Source: Deltaproteobacteria bacterium
GTDB lineage: Bacteria; Desulfobacterota; Syntrophorhabdia; Syntrophorhabdales; Syntrophorhabdaceae
DNA length: 21,050 nucleotides
Reading direction: 5' to 3'
Assembly (NCBI GenBank): GCA_029559435.1
Contig: JAKQBZ010000046.1
Span: 1 to 21,050, forward strand
Shown here: positions 7,919-17,688 of the stretch, in pieces
How positions within the stretch are numbered: the first letter of the stretch is position 1
How the letters are laid out: each line of letters starts with the position of its first letter
The notes under the pieces: model-generated
Databases searched by the model: none
The model's input: the letters and a program-made list of their open reading frames with translations, nothing else
What the model was told of the DNA's origin: nothing
Program-made: the position numbers and the translations under genes

Positions 7919-9451
7919 CTAAAAACCTGTCCTCGCGAAGAGTTTAGCGTATTCTGCCTGAGGCGCCTTTCCTTTTGCTATCTGCTCGTCCGAGAACCAC
8001 TTTTTCGGATCAACAACCTCGATCGGATATTTCGCCTTCTCGAAGGCATCCACGTATCTGAAAGGCACAGTGGCATCAAGCGCGATGGCGCCTGAAAATC
8101 TGATATTGGTCTGCGTCCAGTCCTTCTCGCCCGCCGAGCTTCTCTCTGCGGGCTGGAAGGTCTGCCCCGCACCTCCCGGCGACACGATCATGATGTCATC
8201 CTTGGCGTCGACGCGGGTGGCGATAGCCCACATCACATCGTCCATGCTGTAGATGTCGATGTCGGGATCAACAGCGATGGCAATCCGGGCTCCGATGGAG
8301 CAGGAAAGGGCGGTGGAGAGGATGTTCTTTACGAACCCTTCATCCCGCTGTCTGCGTTTCTTGACCTGGAATATCACGCCACCCCAGTCGGGGATTGCCA
8401 TAGGGATGTTGGTGTCTACGGTCAGCCCCGGGCAGACGCGCTCGGCCAGCTCGAGAAAGGTAGCGGTCCTCACCATGGTGTCGATGTTGTGGTCATCATA
8501 ACTGTGCACGCAGAGCGGATAGTAGATGGGGCGGTCCTTCCGGTGCGTAATGGCGGTTACCACAAATTTATAGGTGCGGTAGGCCTTACCCATGTACCCC
8601 GACCATTCGGGATGGAAGGGATAGACGCCTTGCTTTTGGTCGCGCTCGGCCAGCTCGCTCTCCCAGACCTTTTTTGTTGTGTCGAGATACCCTTCGATCA
8701 CGTATTCGGCCTGTGCGATCGAGTAGGCATCGATGGTCTTTGCCTTGACGATGTCAACGGGGAAACCCTGTACTGCCCCTGCGATCCCAAGCTCATCGCA
8801 TCCTGCCGGAAGGATCGTATAAACGAAGCCAGCGCCGGCCATCAGGGTACAGGCGGGCGGAACCCCCATGTTGATGGTCAGGGGTATGGGCTCCTTGCGG
8901 TAGAACTTTGACGCGATCATGTCGGTGTGAGAACCGGGTGAAATCTGGAAGGTGGAGAAATCAGGCCCACGGAAGAACATCCTGTTGTAGCTTATGTGGG
9001 TGCCTCCCCAGAACCATTTCCCCGTGGCGAGCGTGTTGCCCCCGCCCAAGGTCCTGCCCGGGTCAGAGGGAGTGTGCTTGATCATGGGAACGATAGGCCA
9101 GACATCGATGTTTTTGTCGATGACCACTTCCTGACAGGGCGCAGACTTTACCTCCTTCGGCGGGAGGGGTTTGCGGATGGCATCGAGGATCCTGAATTTG
9201 AAGGTCCTCTCAGTCCCCGCATCGAAAAGCTCGGCGATAAGGTTTCCGTCACCGTACAGGTTGGTGAAAAGTCTCCCGTTGGGATAACCTTTGACCTTGT
9301 TGAAGAGAATGGGGAGACCTCCGTCGAAATGCTTTTGAATACCTGTCATTTCCAGTTCCGGGTTGACCTCCACGTCTGTTTCCAGAAGTTTTCCCCTGGA
9401 CTTCAGGTGGTCGATGGTGGCCCTGAGGCTTGCTAAATAATTGTCAGCCAT
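7919..9451 (-). CDS. UbiD-family prFMN-dependent (de)carboxylase
   Basis: 510-aa ORF with the UbiD fold signature: GLPILFNKVKGYPNGRLFTNLYG, GRTLGGGNTLATGKWFWGGTHISYNRM, YSIAQAEYVIEGYLD, YKFVVTAITHRKDRPIYYPLC, IGARIAIAVDPDIDIYSMDDVMWAIATRVD. Strong RBS aaggaggttattATG. Confidence 0.94.
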   Translation of the reverse strand: MADNYLASLRATIDHLKSRGKLLETDVEVNPELEMTGIQKHFDGGLPILFNKVKGYPNGRLFTNLYGDGNLIAELFDAGTERTFKFRILDAIRKPLPPKEVKSAPCQEVVIDKNIDVWPIVPMIKHTPSDPGRTLGGGNTLATGKWFWGGTHISYNRMFFRGPDFSTFQISPGSHTDMIASKFYRKEPIPLTINMGVPPACTLMAGAGFVYTILPAGCDELGIAGAVQGFPVDIVKAKTIDAYSIAQAEYVIEGYLDTTKKVWESELAERDQKQGVYPFHPEWSGYMGKAYRTYKFVVTAITHRKDRPIYYPLCVHSYDDHNIDTMVRTATFLELAERVCPGLTVDTNIPMAIPDWGGVIFQVKKRRQRDEGFVKNILSTALSCSIGARIAIAVDPDIDIYSMDDVMWAIATRVDAKDDIMIVSPGGAGQTFQPAERSSAGEKDWTQTNIRFSGAIALDATVPFRYVDAFEKAKYPIEVVDPKKWFSDEQIAKGKAPQAEYAKLFARTGF

Positions 9452-9479
9452 AATAACCTCCTTTTTTTAAATTTTCGTT

Positions 9480-9550
9480 TGCATAATAAACTAATAAACT
9501 GTTTAATAGTTTAATAATTATTTACTAACTTATTACAATTTTTTTGTCAA
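9480..9550 (-). promoter_or_regulatory. AT-rich putative promoter/operator region of the ubiD-led operon
   Basis: Minus-strand TTGACA at 9550..9545, followed by the AT-rich inverted/direct repeat taataaactaataaactgtttaatagtttaataattattta. The -10 assignment is ambiguous. Confidence 0.4.
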
Positions 9551-9754
9551 GAATTTTTTTATTTTATAAGAAAGTTTTTATAACATATCTTTATTATTGA
9601 CTATTTCAATTCCTCCCCATATGTTGCCACGCCCGTTTCCGATTGTATAAGTATCGCCTTCGGGCGGACGTCGTTTCGGATTGAAATATCGTTTCAGGTT
9701 GTGTGGTAGGATCTAAGTCGGATTATTATCTGAAAAAGGACAGGTCCATATTGT

Positions 9755-11569
9755 TCAGGCGGCGGCGATCTTTGCCCTTTTCCGCTCGATACCGTCGAGG
9801 ATCACTTTGCGGAGCCGTATCGATCTGGGAGTGATCTCTACGAGCTCGTCGTCGTTGATGTAGGAGATGCACTCTTCGAGGCTCATATTGGTATAAGGCG
9901 TGAGGATGACCGCGTCATCGGAGCCGGCGGCCCTCATGTTGGTCAGCTTCTTCCCCTTGGCAGGGTTGACGATGATATCCGTTTCCCTTGAGTGCTCGCC
10001 GATGATCTGTCCTGTGTAGACCTTTTCTCCCGGCCCGAGAAAGAGCTTGCCTCTCTCCTGGAGGTTGAAAAGGGCGTAGGCAACCGTTGTGCATTGATCC
10101 ATGGCGATAAGGACGCCTTTTGTCCTGTTCCTGATCTCTCCCGCATATTCGTCGAAGCCCAGGAACACGTAGTTCATCACGCCCATGCCGCGCGTTTCGG
10201 TGAGGAACTCGGAGCGGAACCCGAGAAGCCCCCTGGTGGGCACCTTGTATTTGAGCCGTGCCATCCCGTTATCCTGGCGCATGTCAAGGAGGACGCCCTT
10301 TCTTCCGCCCAGATTTTCGATGACCCTGCCCATGTAGTTCTCGTCTACATCGACCGTCAGCTCTTCATAGGGCTCGAGCCTTCTGCCGCCCTCTTCCCTG
10401 AATATCGCCTGCGGCCTTGTGACCTGGAACTCGTATCCTTCGCGCCTCATCTTTTCGATCAGGATAGAAAGATGGAGCTCCCCTCTGCCCGAGACCTTGT
10501 ATCCCTGGGCATCTTCAAGCTCTTCGACGATAAGCGCCACATCGGAGAGGGTTTCCCTGAACAGCCTGTCCCTTAAATGCCTGGAGGTGACGAACCTGCC
10601 TTCCTTGCCGTAGAAAGGCGAATCATTGGGGACAAAGCTCATGGATACGGTCGGCGGGTCTACCTTGATGCCCTCAAGGGGCACGGGGTTTAAAGGATCG
10701 GTCAATGTCTCGCCGATGGTAATGGACTCCATGCCGGCTACCGCCACGATCTCGCCAACGCCCGCCTCTTCCGTTTCGGTCTTCTCGTTCCCCCTGAAGC
10801 GGTAGATCTTCCGTATCCTGGCAGGGCGTACAGGGGCGCCGGGCGTTGCAACGACAACCTCTTTGTCGATATGGAGCCTGCCGGAGGTTATCTTTCCTGT
10901 TGCAAGCCTGCCCAGAAAGGTGGAGTAGCTGAGAGAGCTCACGAGCATCTGCAAAGGCCCGTCCGGATCTCCAACCGGGGCAGGGATCGCCCCGATGATC
11001 ATGTCGAACAGGGGCTCCATAGAACCTTCTTTTATATTGTGGTCAAGGGCGGCGTATCCATCCCTTGCGGAGGCGTAGATTACCGGGAAATCAAGGATAT
11101 GGTCAGGGGCGCCAAGCCTTGCAAAGAGGTCAAAGACCTCGTTGACCACCCAGTCGCACCGCGCTGCAGGCTTGTCGATCTTGTTCACCACCACGATCAC
11201 GGGAAGATCCAATGCAAGGGCCTTTTTCAGAACGAAGTAGGTCTGCGGCATGGGCCCTTCGGCGGCATCTACGAGGAGAAGCGCGCCGTCGGCCATCTTC
11301 AGGACCCGCTCTACCTGGCCCCCGAAATCGGCATGGCCAGGGGTGTCGATAATATTGACAAGATGATCTTTGTACATGAATGAGCCGTTCTTGGAGGCGA
11401 TGGTAATGCCGCGCTCCCGCTCGAGGTCCATCGAGTCCATGAGGCGCTCCTCGACGACCTGGTTGTCGCGGAACAGCCCGCTTTGCCTGAACAACTGGTC
11501 AACAAGCGTTGTCTTGCCGTGATCGACGTGTGCAATAATTGCAATATTTCTTATTCTGCCCTGTTCCAT
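9755..11569 (-). CDS. typA: Translational GTPase TypA/BipA
   Basis: 604-aa ORF: [134 protein letters not shown]. Confidence 0.98.
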   Translation of the reverse strand: MEQGRIRNIAIIAHVDHGKTTLVDQLFRQSGLFRDNQVVEERLMDSMDLERERGITIASKNGSFMYKDHLVNIIDTPGHADFGGQVERVLKMADGALLLVDAAEGPMPQTYFVLKKALALDLPVIVVVNKIDKPAARCDWVVNEVFDLFARLGAPDHILDFPVIYASARDGYAALDHNIKEGSMEPLFDMIIGAIPAPVGDPDGPLQMLVSSLSYSTFLGRLATGKITSGRLHIDKEVVVATPGAPVRPARIRKIYRFRGNEKTETEEAGVGEIVAVAGMESITIGETLTDPLNPVPLEGIKVDPPTVSMSFVPNDSPFYGKEGRFVTSRHLRDRLFRETLSDVALIVEELEDAQGYKVSGRGELHLSILIEKMRREGYEFQVTRPQAIFREEGGRRLEPYEELTVDVDENYMGRVIENLGGRKGVLLDMRQDNGMARLKYKVPTRGLLGFRSEFLTETRGMGVMNYVFLGFDEYAGEIRNRTKGVLIAMDQCTTVAYALFNLQERGKLFLGPGEKVYTGQIIGEHSRETDIIVNPAKGKKLTNMRAAGSDDAVILTPYTNMSLEECISYINDDELVEITPRSIRLRKVILDGIERKRAKIAAA

Positions 11570-11585
11570 GTTCCCTTCAATTACC

Positions 11586-11712
11586 GGGGCTTACGTCGCC
11601 CCCTCTTCGGGCAAAGCCCGAAGAGACTTCCCCTCGCGCCCAAGAATGGGCTACCAAATATTTACAACTTTGTTGCCTTCGTCGTCATCGCCTCGACGTA
11701 CCTAAATGTACG
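11586..11712 (-). promoter_or_regulatory. Structured non-coding leader/intergenic element upstream of typA
   Basis: Series of hairpins: GGGGC-7nt-GCCCC (11586-11602), CTCTTCGGGC-AAA-GCCCGAAGAG (11603-11625), GCCCA-agaa-TGGGC (11638-11651), CAAC-ttt-GTTG (11665-11675), CGTAC-6nt-GTACG (11697-11712). No credible CDS. Confidence 0.45.
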
Positions 11713-11848
11713 CCTCCTCCTTGTCGCCTCGCTCTATTTTTGAATGCAACTCGGTATAAATGTGCCGATGATACAGCGATAGGGTACGAAATTGCAGCAA
11801 TTACATAACATGGAAAGGCATAAAAAGCAACAGAAAGAAGGGCGGGCT

Positions 11849-14800
11849 TTAGCTGTCGAGAAGCTCCCTCACCTTTTTGAGAAGCTCATCCGGCTTGAGG
11901 GGCTTCAGGATAAGGTCGACGCCTTCCTCGGGTATACCTTTTTCCTCGATGATGTCATAGGTATAACCGCTCATAAAGAGGACTTTCAGGGAAGGCTGCT
12001 GTTTCTTTAACGCATCGAGCGTCTCTTTCCCGTTCATCCTTGGCATGATCACATCGAGGATCACCATGTCCACTGCCTGTTCGGAGAATATGCGGATCGC
12101 TTCAAGGCCATCTTCCGCCGTGATAACGGTATAGCCATTTTCCATCAAAACCATACTGATAAGGTTTCTTACCTCCTTGTTGTCTTCTGCTATGAGGATC
12201 TTCTCGGTTCCCTTTAAGGCGGCCTCGCTGCGCTGGCCCCCTTTTGCTTCAAGGCTCTGAGTGATAAGCGGCAGGTAGATGAAGAACGAGGTGCCCTTGC
12301 CCGGTTCACTTTTTACATCGATATAGCCGTCGTGCTGGTCAATGATCCCATAAACCAGGGAAAGCCCGAGCCCGGTACCCTTACCCACTGCCTTGGTGGT
12401 GAAAAAAGGCTCAAAGATCTTCGGCAGGACATGCTCGTCTATCCCCGTCCCTGTATCGGATACCATGATCTGCGCGTATTTCCCGGGCTTTCCAAAGCCA
12501 TGGATACCGACAAACTTGTCGTCCATGGTAAAGCGGGAAGTGTATATCGAGATAATGCCTCCCATCGACATTGCGTCGCGCGCATTGGTCACAAGGTTCA
12601 TGACAACCTGACCGATCTGGTTCACATCCCCGAGAACGACCAGCCTTTCATGCGTGAGATGGGTCTTGAGGTCAATGTCCTCTGTAAGCAGCCGCACGAG
12701 GAGCTTCTGAATGTTGGCGATAGCATCGTTCAATAAAAATGGTTTCATAGTGATCTGTTGTTTCCTGCTGAAGGCGAGGAGGCTTTGCGTGAGCTGGGCA
12801 GCTCTTTCCGATGAGGTAAGGATCTGGGAGATATAAGAAGATAGGGGGCTGTCCCTGTCTATTTTAAGCTGCAGAAGGCTTGCATATCCCATGATTGCGC
12901 TGAGGATGTTGTTGAAGTCGTGGGCAACCCCGCCGGCAAGGGTGCCGACGGCCTCCATCTTCTGCGCCTGTAAGAGCTGGGACTCAAGCTGCTTTCTTCC
13001 CGTTACGTCTGACGCGGTGAGGATATATGCATTGCTGCCCGTCCGGGAAACCTGCAGAAAGATATCCCTTATTGCGCCGTCTTTTCGCACCCATTTTGTC
13101 TCTGCCTGCCCTTTACGATACAGGACATCGCCGACACGGTTGAACTCTTCTTCGTCTGCGTAGAGGAAACGCGTGCTTTGTCCTTGCAGCTCGTTCTCGC
13201 CATACCCGGTGATCCTGCACATGTATTCATTGAACCATTCAAGAAACCTGTCCCTGATGCGGCATATGCCGATCGGCGATGCCTGGAGGATCGCCCGCTG
13301 CGCCTGCTCCGATTCAAGGACCTTCTTCTCGGACTGCTTCCGCTCGGTGATATCCTGCAGCGTGCCGGCCACATAAGAACGGCCCCCTTCAAGAACAGGG
13401 GCGAGGCCGCGTACCTCTGCCCACAGTTCTTTGCCTGTATCGGTGATCACCTCTGCCTCGATAACGAACGTTTCTCCCGTCGCCAGGCAGTTGGTGACCC
13501 TGTCCCTGATTAAAGGGATATACCGGGGCGGGAAGTATTTAGATCCCTCTGCAAACCCCGGCCGGTAGTCCCTCGGCGCCTCGATGATCTCGTATATGCC
13601 TTCTGTCCACTCAAGATAATCCGTATGCGGGTTTGCCTTCCAGCCGCCGAGGCGCGCGATGGACTGGGTCTGCTTCAGGAACAGCTCGCTTGCCGTAAGC
13701 TCGGCCTCGGCCCTCTTGCGTTTGGTAATGTCTTCATTGGTGCCTTCATAGAATATGATCTTTCCGGAATTGTCCCTGACCGCCCGCGTATTTGAAGATA
13801 TCCAGATGATGGAGCCGCCCTTGCGATATACCTGATGCTCGAAGTCCTCATCAACGCCATGGGCTTCCATCCTTTCCATAAAGGCCCTGCGTTCTTCCGG
13901 GTAGACATAAAATTGAGGCCCGAGGTCGGTGATGCTCTCTACCATCTCTTCAGGAGTTGCATATCCGCACATCTTCGCCATTGCGGGGTTAACGCTGAGA
14001 AACCGGCCCTCCGGCGTGCTCTGAAAAAAACCTTCAACGGCATTTTCAAAGATGTTCCGGTATCTCATCTCGGAGATCTGCAGCATCTCCTCTGTCTTTT
14101 TACGTTCGGTGATGTCTTGAATCGACGTTATAACGAAATCCACAGACCGGTCGGGGTTGCGGGAACACGATGCGGCAATATGGACATAGACAATGCCGCC
14201 GTCTTTGCGGAAGAACCGCTTATCCATCTCATAGGCATCGATCTCGCCTTGGAGCATCATGTTGAATTGGGCAAGATTGGGTTCCATGTCATCGGGGTGT
14301 GTCATCTCTGTCCAGGTCTTCCGTAAAAGCTCCTCTTCAGTGTAACCGAACATCTCGCAAAGCCTCTTGTTTACCCTGAGCCAGCATTTTTCAACTGATG
14401 TGATGGCGATGCCGATGTTGCCAAACTCGAACTGGGAACGGAAAAGGGCCTCACTTTCCTGCAGCGCCCGTTCCGCCTGTTTACGCTTTGTGATATCGCG
14501 GATAATGCCTTCTGTACCGAGGAAATTGCCTGCATCGTCGTAATAGAAATGCGTGGTAAAGGATGCGTAGAAAGGCGTACCGTCCTTTTTCTTTATCATC
14601 CCTTCAAAATCCTGTACCTTGCCACGCTTGCTGATCTCTCCTATCAGCCGTTCCCTGTCCTCAGGGTATACCCAGAAGCTGTCAAGGGACAGGCCGATCA
14701 TCTCCTCGACGGAGCCGTAGCCAAAAAGCGCCGCACCTGACGGGCTGCCCATCAATAGCCTGCCGTCCTTGTCAGACCGGTAGAATACATCCTGGATATT

Positions 14801-17317
14801 ATCGATCACGCTCCGGTACATCTGTTCGCTTTCTCTTCGCGCCTCGTCGGCGCGCTTGCGGCTGATGAGCCCCCACATCCCCTGCATGAGCAATGTGAGC
14901 TGCTGCACGTCGGATTCGTCATATTCAGCGGGCTTGTTCCCTACGCCGGCCAGAAGGACTATCCTGTTGCCTTCGAATATGGGTACATTCATGTGCCGGG
15001 CCAGCTTGACGTGCCCTTCGGGATATCCCTTTTTCAGCGGGCTCGGCGCATGATAGTCGTTGGTAATGACAGGGCGCCGCTGGCGTACCGCCTCTCCCCA
15101 GAGCCCGGTCTTATGCACGGGGTATATGATCGGCTTATCGGTGATGGCGCATTCGCCCATTGCGACTACAGACCAGGAATACATGGTAAGCGTCGTTTCG
15201 TTCTCATCGAGAAAAGCAATGTAGCCGACGGTGCTTTTTGTCAGCCTTACCGCCTCCTCTAATGCAAAATCGGTGATCTCATGGGTGTCCGAGCTGACCA
15301 TCTGGTTTAGCCTGAGTACCGCCTCGAGGCGCTCTTTGTTGAGCCGCAGGTCATCCTCTGTCTTTTTGCGTTCCGAGATATCGATGATGACCCCCCGGAA
15401 TCCTGCAAAATTGCCGTTTCGGAATACGGGGGCGCTGTAGGCGATGACAGGTATACGGGTACCGTCATTACGCACCATCGTGTATTCAGTGCCATGAGAT
15501 GAACCCTCTTTAATGATCTGTTTAAAACTATGGAGAACCCTTGAGCGTTCCTCCTCGGGGAATAATGTAAAAATATCAAAGTCCTGGTGAATGTCTTCCT
15601 GTGCATAACCGAGCATCCTCTTCGCTTCCCTATTGAAGAAGGTCAGGCGATAGTCTGCATCTATCTCATAAATGATCTGCGGGGTCAATTGGGCAATATC
15701 CCTGAATTTTTTTTCGCTTTCCCTTAATGCCTCTTCCGCCTTTTTGTGCTCAGCAATATTGCGTTGCACCCCCCAGACCTTCGTGAGAAGGCCATGCTCC
15801 ACAACGCCAAAATAGCTTTCTACGATATGAACAGGACGTCCGTCGGCTGCCAGTTCAATTTCCTCGCGGTCTATGACCCTGCAACCTTCCGTTTGCAGCA
15901 GGTCGGCCATCTGGGCGCCGCAATTGGGTGCGAAATTTCTTACCGGGCGCCCAACCATCTCTTCCGGTCGCAGGCCATACATGGCGGACAGGGCCTCATT
16001 TGCTTCCCCTGTAATGGCACGGTCCGCGATCTGTTCCTGAAGGACCTCATAGGGCTGATCAACGGGTACGGGAGGTATAATGTCAATTCGGAATATGCCC
16101 TCGCTTGCATTGGCGATAAAGTTCCTGTACCGCTCCTCGCTCTCCAGAAGCGCCGCTTCCGATCGTTTCTGCTCGGTGATGTCCAACAGGACACCATTAA
16201 ATATTGTCTCCTTTTCCTGCCTGTGAGGGATCGAGTTTCCCCTGAACCACATGATCTCTCCCGAAGGCTTTTGAAGCTTGCCTTCGAATTGCCACTCGCT
16301 TATGGTACGGATGGCGTTGTCGTTCGACGCTAAAAAGCTCTCCTTGTATTCCGGCAGGACCAGCTCGGTAAAACGTTCAAAAAAACCATCGGGTTCGGGG
16401 CTGATGCCGAACAATTTCATCGATTGACCGCTGATATAATATAATCCAATATCCCCATTGTCCCTGGCGTAGAACTGATAGACGACACCGGGAATATTTG
16501 AAGAAACCTCCCGCATCTTTTGTTCGCTTCTTTGCAGTACCTCCTCAACATGCTTGAGCCGGCTGATGTCTGTCATCAGAACGAGGACCGCGGGCCTGTC
16601 ATCCCAGGAGATGGGGATGGAGCTCGTTTGCATCCAGCGTATTTTGCCCATCGTGTCTACAATGCGCATAGAATAATTATGAGGAGCAAGGTCTCCCTCA
16701 AGCCTCTTCCTGTAATAATCCATCACGACAGGAAGATCTTCTTTGTAGATAAAATCGAAGAAGGGTTTTTGTGCAAATTCATCCATTGACATGGAGGCAT
16801 CGTGCAGCATCTTCGGGTTTGCATATGCTACCTTCCCGTCCTGGATCACCATTATGAATTCATTCACCCCTTCGACAAGGGCGCGGTACCGCTCTTCCGA
16901 TGCCTTGAGCGCCTTTTCCGTCATCTTCTGTTCCGGGATATCGGCAGGGGTGCCGTGCTGGAATGCATGTTCGGTCAGTTGTGTTCTGGCAGCAGACAGG
17001 ATGTCCCAAAGGGAGACGGCTATCTTGACGTTTTTCACGTGGGGCTTTATCGCAGCTTCGAGCGCCGACAGGGTCTCCAGCGTCTGCTTTATCAGCTCCT
17101 GCGCAGCAGGCCCTTTCAGCAGGTTCTTTATGTGGCGCACGAAGCTGTTCTTTGTGCGGCCGGACAGGTCGGCAAAGAGGGGATCAAGAAATCTGCGGGC
17201 AATACGGAGCCTCTCTTTTTCCGGCAGCCCTTTATATGGATGGATGCCCCGGAGTTTTTCCTGAAACTTGCCCTTGATCGTGTTCTGCAGCCGGATAAGA
17301 GGATCTGGTTCTTCCAC
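11849..17317 (-). CDS. Multi-PAS/GAF hybrid sensor histidine kinase with C-terminal receiver domain
   Basis: 1822-aa ORF (GTG start). About nine PAS/PAC modules of the form SEERYR...DITERKxxE, one GAF-like segment ([26 protein letters not shown]...), HisKA ([21 protein letters not shown]), HATPase_c ([29 protein letters not shown]), REC ([14 protein letters not shown]...[16 protein letters not shown]...FMSGY...LKP). Confidence 0.96.
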   Translation of the reverse strand: MEEPDPLIRLQNTIKGKFQEKLRGIHPYKGLPEKERLRIARRFLDPLFADLSGRTKNSFVRHIKNLLKGPAAQELIKQTLETLSALEAAIKPHVKNVKIAVSLWDILSAARTQLTEHAFQHGTPADIPEQKMTEKALKASEERYRALVEGVNEFIMVIQDGKVAYANPKMLHDASMSMDEFAQKPFFDFIYKEDLPVVMDYYRKRLEGDLAPHNYSMRIVDTMGKIRWMQTSSIPISWDDRPAVLVLMTDISRLKHVEEVLQRSEQKMREVSSNIPGVVYQFYARDNGDIGLYYISGQSMKLFGISPEPDGFFERFTELVLPEYKESFLASNDNAIRTISEWQFEGKLQKPSGEIMWFRGNSIPHRQEKETIFNGVLLDITEQKRSEAALLESEERYRNFIANASEGIFRIDIIPPVPVDQPYEVLQEQIADRAITGEANEALSAMYGLRPEEMVGRPVRNFAPNCGAQMADLLQTEGCRVIDREEIELAADGRPVHIVESYFGVVEHGLLTKVWGVQRNIAEHKKAEEALRESEKKFRDIAQLTPQIIYEIDADYRLTFFNREAKRMLGYAQEDIHQDFDIFTLFPEEERSRVLHSFKQIIKEGSSHGTEYTMVRNDGTRIPVIAYSAPVFRNGNFAGFRGVIIDISERKKTEDDLRLNKERLEAVLRLNQMVSSDTHEITDFALEEAVRLTKSTVGYIAFLDENETTLTMYSWSVVAMGECAITDKPIIYPVHKTGLWGEAVRQRRPVITNDYHAPSPLKKGYPEGHVKLARHMNVPIFEGNRIVLLAGVGNKPAEYDESDVQQLTLLMQGMWGLISRKRADEARRESEQMYRSVIDNIQDVFYRSDKDGRLLMGSPSGAALFGYGSVEEMIGLSLDSFWVYPEDRERLIGEISKRGKVQDFEGMIKKKDGTPFYASFTTHFYYDDAGNFLGTEGIIRDITKRKQAERALQESEALFRSQFEFGNIGIAITSVEKCWLRVNKRLCEMFGYTEEELLRKTWTEMTHPDDMEPNLAQFNMMLQGEIDAYEMDKRFFRKDGGIVYVHIAASCSRNPDRSVDFVITSIQDITERKKTEEMLQISEMRYRNIFENAVEGFFQSTPEGRFLSVNPAMAKMCGYATPEEMVESITDLGPQFYVYPEERRAFMERMEAHGVDEDFEHQVYRKGGSIIWISSNTRAVRDNSGKIIFYEGTNEDITKRKRAEAELTASELFLKQTQSIARLGGWKANPHTDYLEWTEGIYEIIEAPRDYRPGFAEGSKYFPPRYIPLIRDRVTNCLATGETFVIEAEVITDTGKELWAEVRGLAPVLEGGRSYVAGTLQDITERKQSEKKVLESEQAQRAILQASPIGICRIRDRFLEWFNEYMCRITGYGENELQGQSTRFLYADEEEFNRVGDVLYRKGQAETKWVRKDGAIRDIFLQVSRTGSNAYILTASDVTGRKQLESQLLQAQKMEAVGTLAGGVAHDFNNILSAIMGYASLLQLKIDRDSPLSSYISQILTSSERAAQLTQSLLAFSRKQQITMKPFLLNDAIANIQKLLVRLLTEDIDLKTHLTHERLVVLGDVNQIGQVVMNLVTNARDAMSMGGIISIYTSRFTMDDKFVGIHGFGKPGKYAQIMVSDTGTGIDEHVLPKIFEPFFTTKAVGKGTGLGLSLVYGIIDQHDGYIDVKSEPGKGTSFFIYLPLITQSLEAKGGQRSEAALKGTEKILIAEDNKEVRNLISMVLMENGYTVITAEDGLEAIRIFSEQAVDMVILDVIMPRMNGKETLDALKKQQPSLKVLFMSGYTYDIIEEKGIPEEGVDLILKPLKPDELLKKVRELLDS

Positions 17318-17394
17318 GGCGTACCCCCGGAGGCATTATGTTCGTTGCGTCATGCAGCTTGTTGAATATTCTCTAACCGTACACCATATTTCTG

Positions 17395-17423
17395 TTAATA
17401 GCCCTAAATGTTTATTCTGTCAA
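17395..17423 (-). promoter_or_regulatory. Candidate sigma70 promoter of the hybrid kinase gene
   Basis: Minus strand TTGACA (17423..17418), 17-nt spacer, TATTAA (17400..17395), about 80 nt upstream of the GTG start. Confidence 0.5.
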
Positions 17424-17475
17424 TCGCTATATGGGGCTGCCCCCGCAAACACGCCCATTGCTTATCTGACGTAAT

Positions 17476-17688
17476 GCGTTCGGAGTTCGGCGTTCGGCGT
17501 AGAGAGCAAAAAAGAAAAGGCAGGGCCGATGACCCTGTCTCGTTTTTTATACTATACGGTCTGCTATGAGCTATCAGCTATAAACCATGAGCCGTGTTTC
17601 TCGCCGAACGCCGAACGCGCTACGCCGAACGGATTTCTCTACAATCACGATATACGATATACGAACGACGGTATACGGGTTTAGGGTT
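17476..17688. repeat. Intergenic block of several heptanucleotide-periodic arrays
   Basis: gcgttcg/gagttcg/gcgttcg/gcgtaga (17476-17503); gctatga/gctatca/gctataa/accatga (17563-17590); cgccgaa/cgccgaa/cgcgcta/cgccgaa (17602-17629); acgatat/acgatat/acgaacg/acggtat/acgggtt/tagggtt (17647-17688). Confidence 0.75.
17519..17550 (-). terminator. Rho-independent terminator (likely bidirectional) after the cytochrome genes
   Basis: Stem ggcaggg-ccgatga-ccctgtc (17519-17539), T-rich on the + side (cgtttttt), and tttcttttttg on the minus side. Confidence 0.7.

Noticed and set aside
8489-9436. Plus-strand ORFs 8489..8911 and 8996..9436 antisense to the UbiD gene
   Set aside because: They look like shadow ORFs of a conserved CDS with no independent motif or ribosome-binding support.
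2364-9451. A ubiquinone/menaquinone biosynthesis role for the UbiX/UbiD pair
   Set aside because: Less likely given the adjacent CoA ligase, TRAP uptake genes and GntR regulator, and the atypical UbiD motifs. It is not formally excluded.
9992-11383. Plus-strand ORFs 9992..10576 and 10871..11383 antisense to typA
   Set aside because: typA is unambiguous. The antisense frames are open because of codon bias.
11603-11625. The 10-bp hairpin upstream of typA as a classical intrinsic terminator for the kinase gene
   Set aside because: No T-run follows the stem on the minus strand (ggggcgacgtaag), so it does not meet the usual criterion.
11483-11808. Plus-strand ORFs 11483..11743 and 11539..11808 covering the typA leader
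   Set aside because: Translation has no motif and both start inside typA antisense. The hairpin content explains this region better.
17476-17688. CRISPR array interpretation of the repeated block
   Set aside because: Units are 7 nt, degenerate and contiguous. There are no 20-40 nt repeats with unique spacers and no cas genes.
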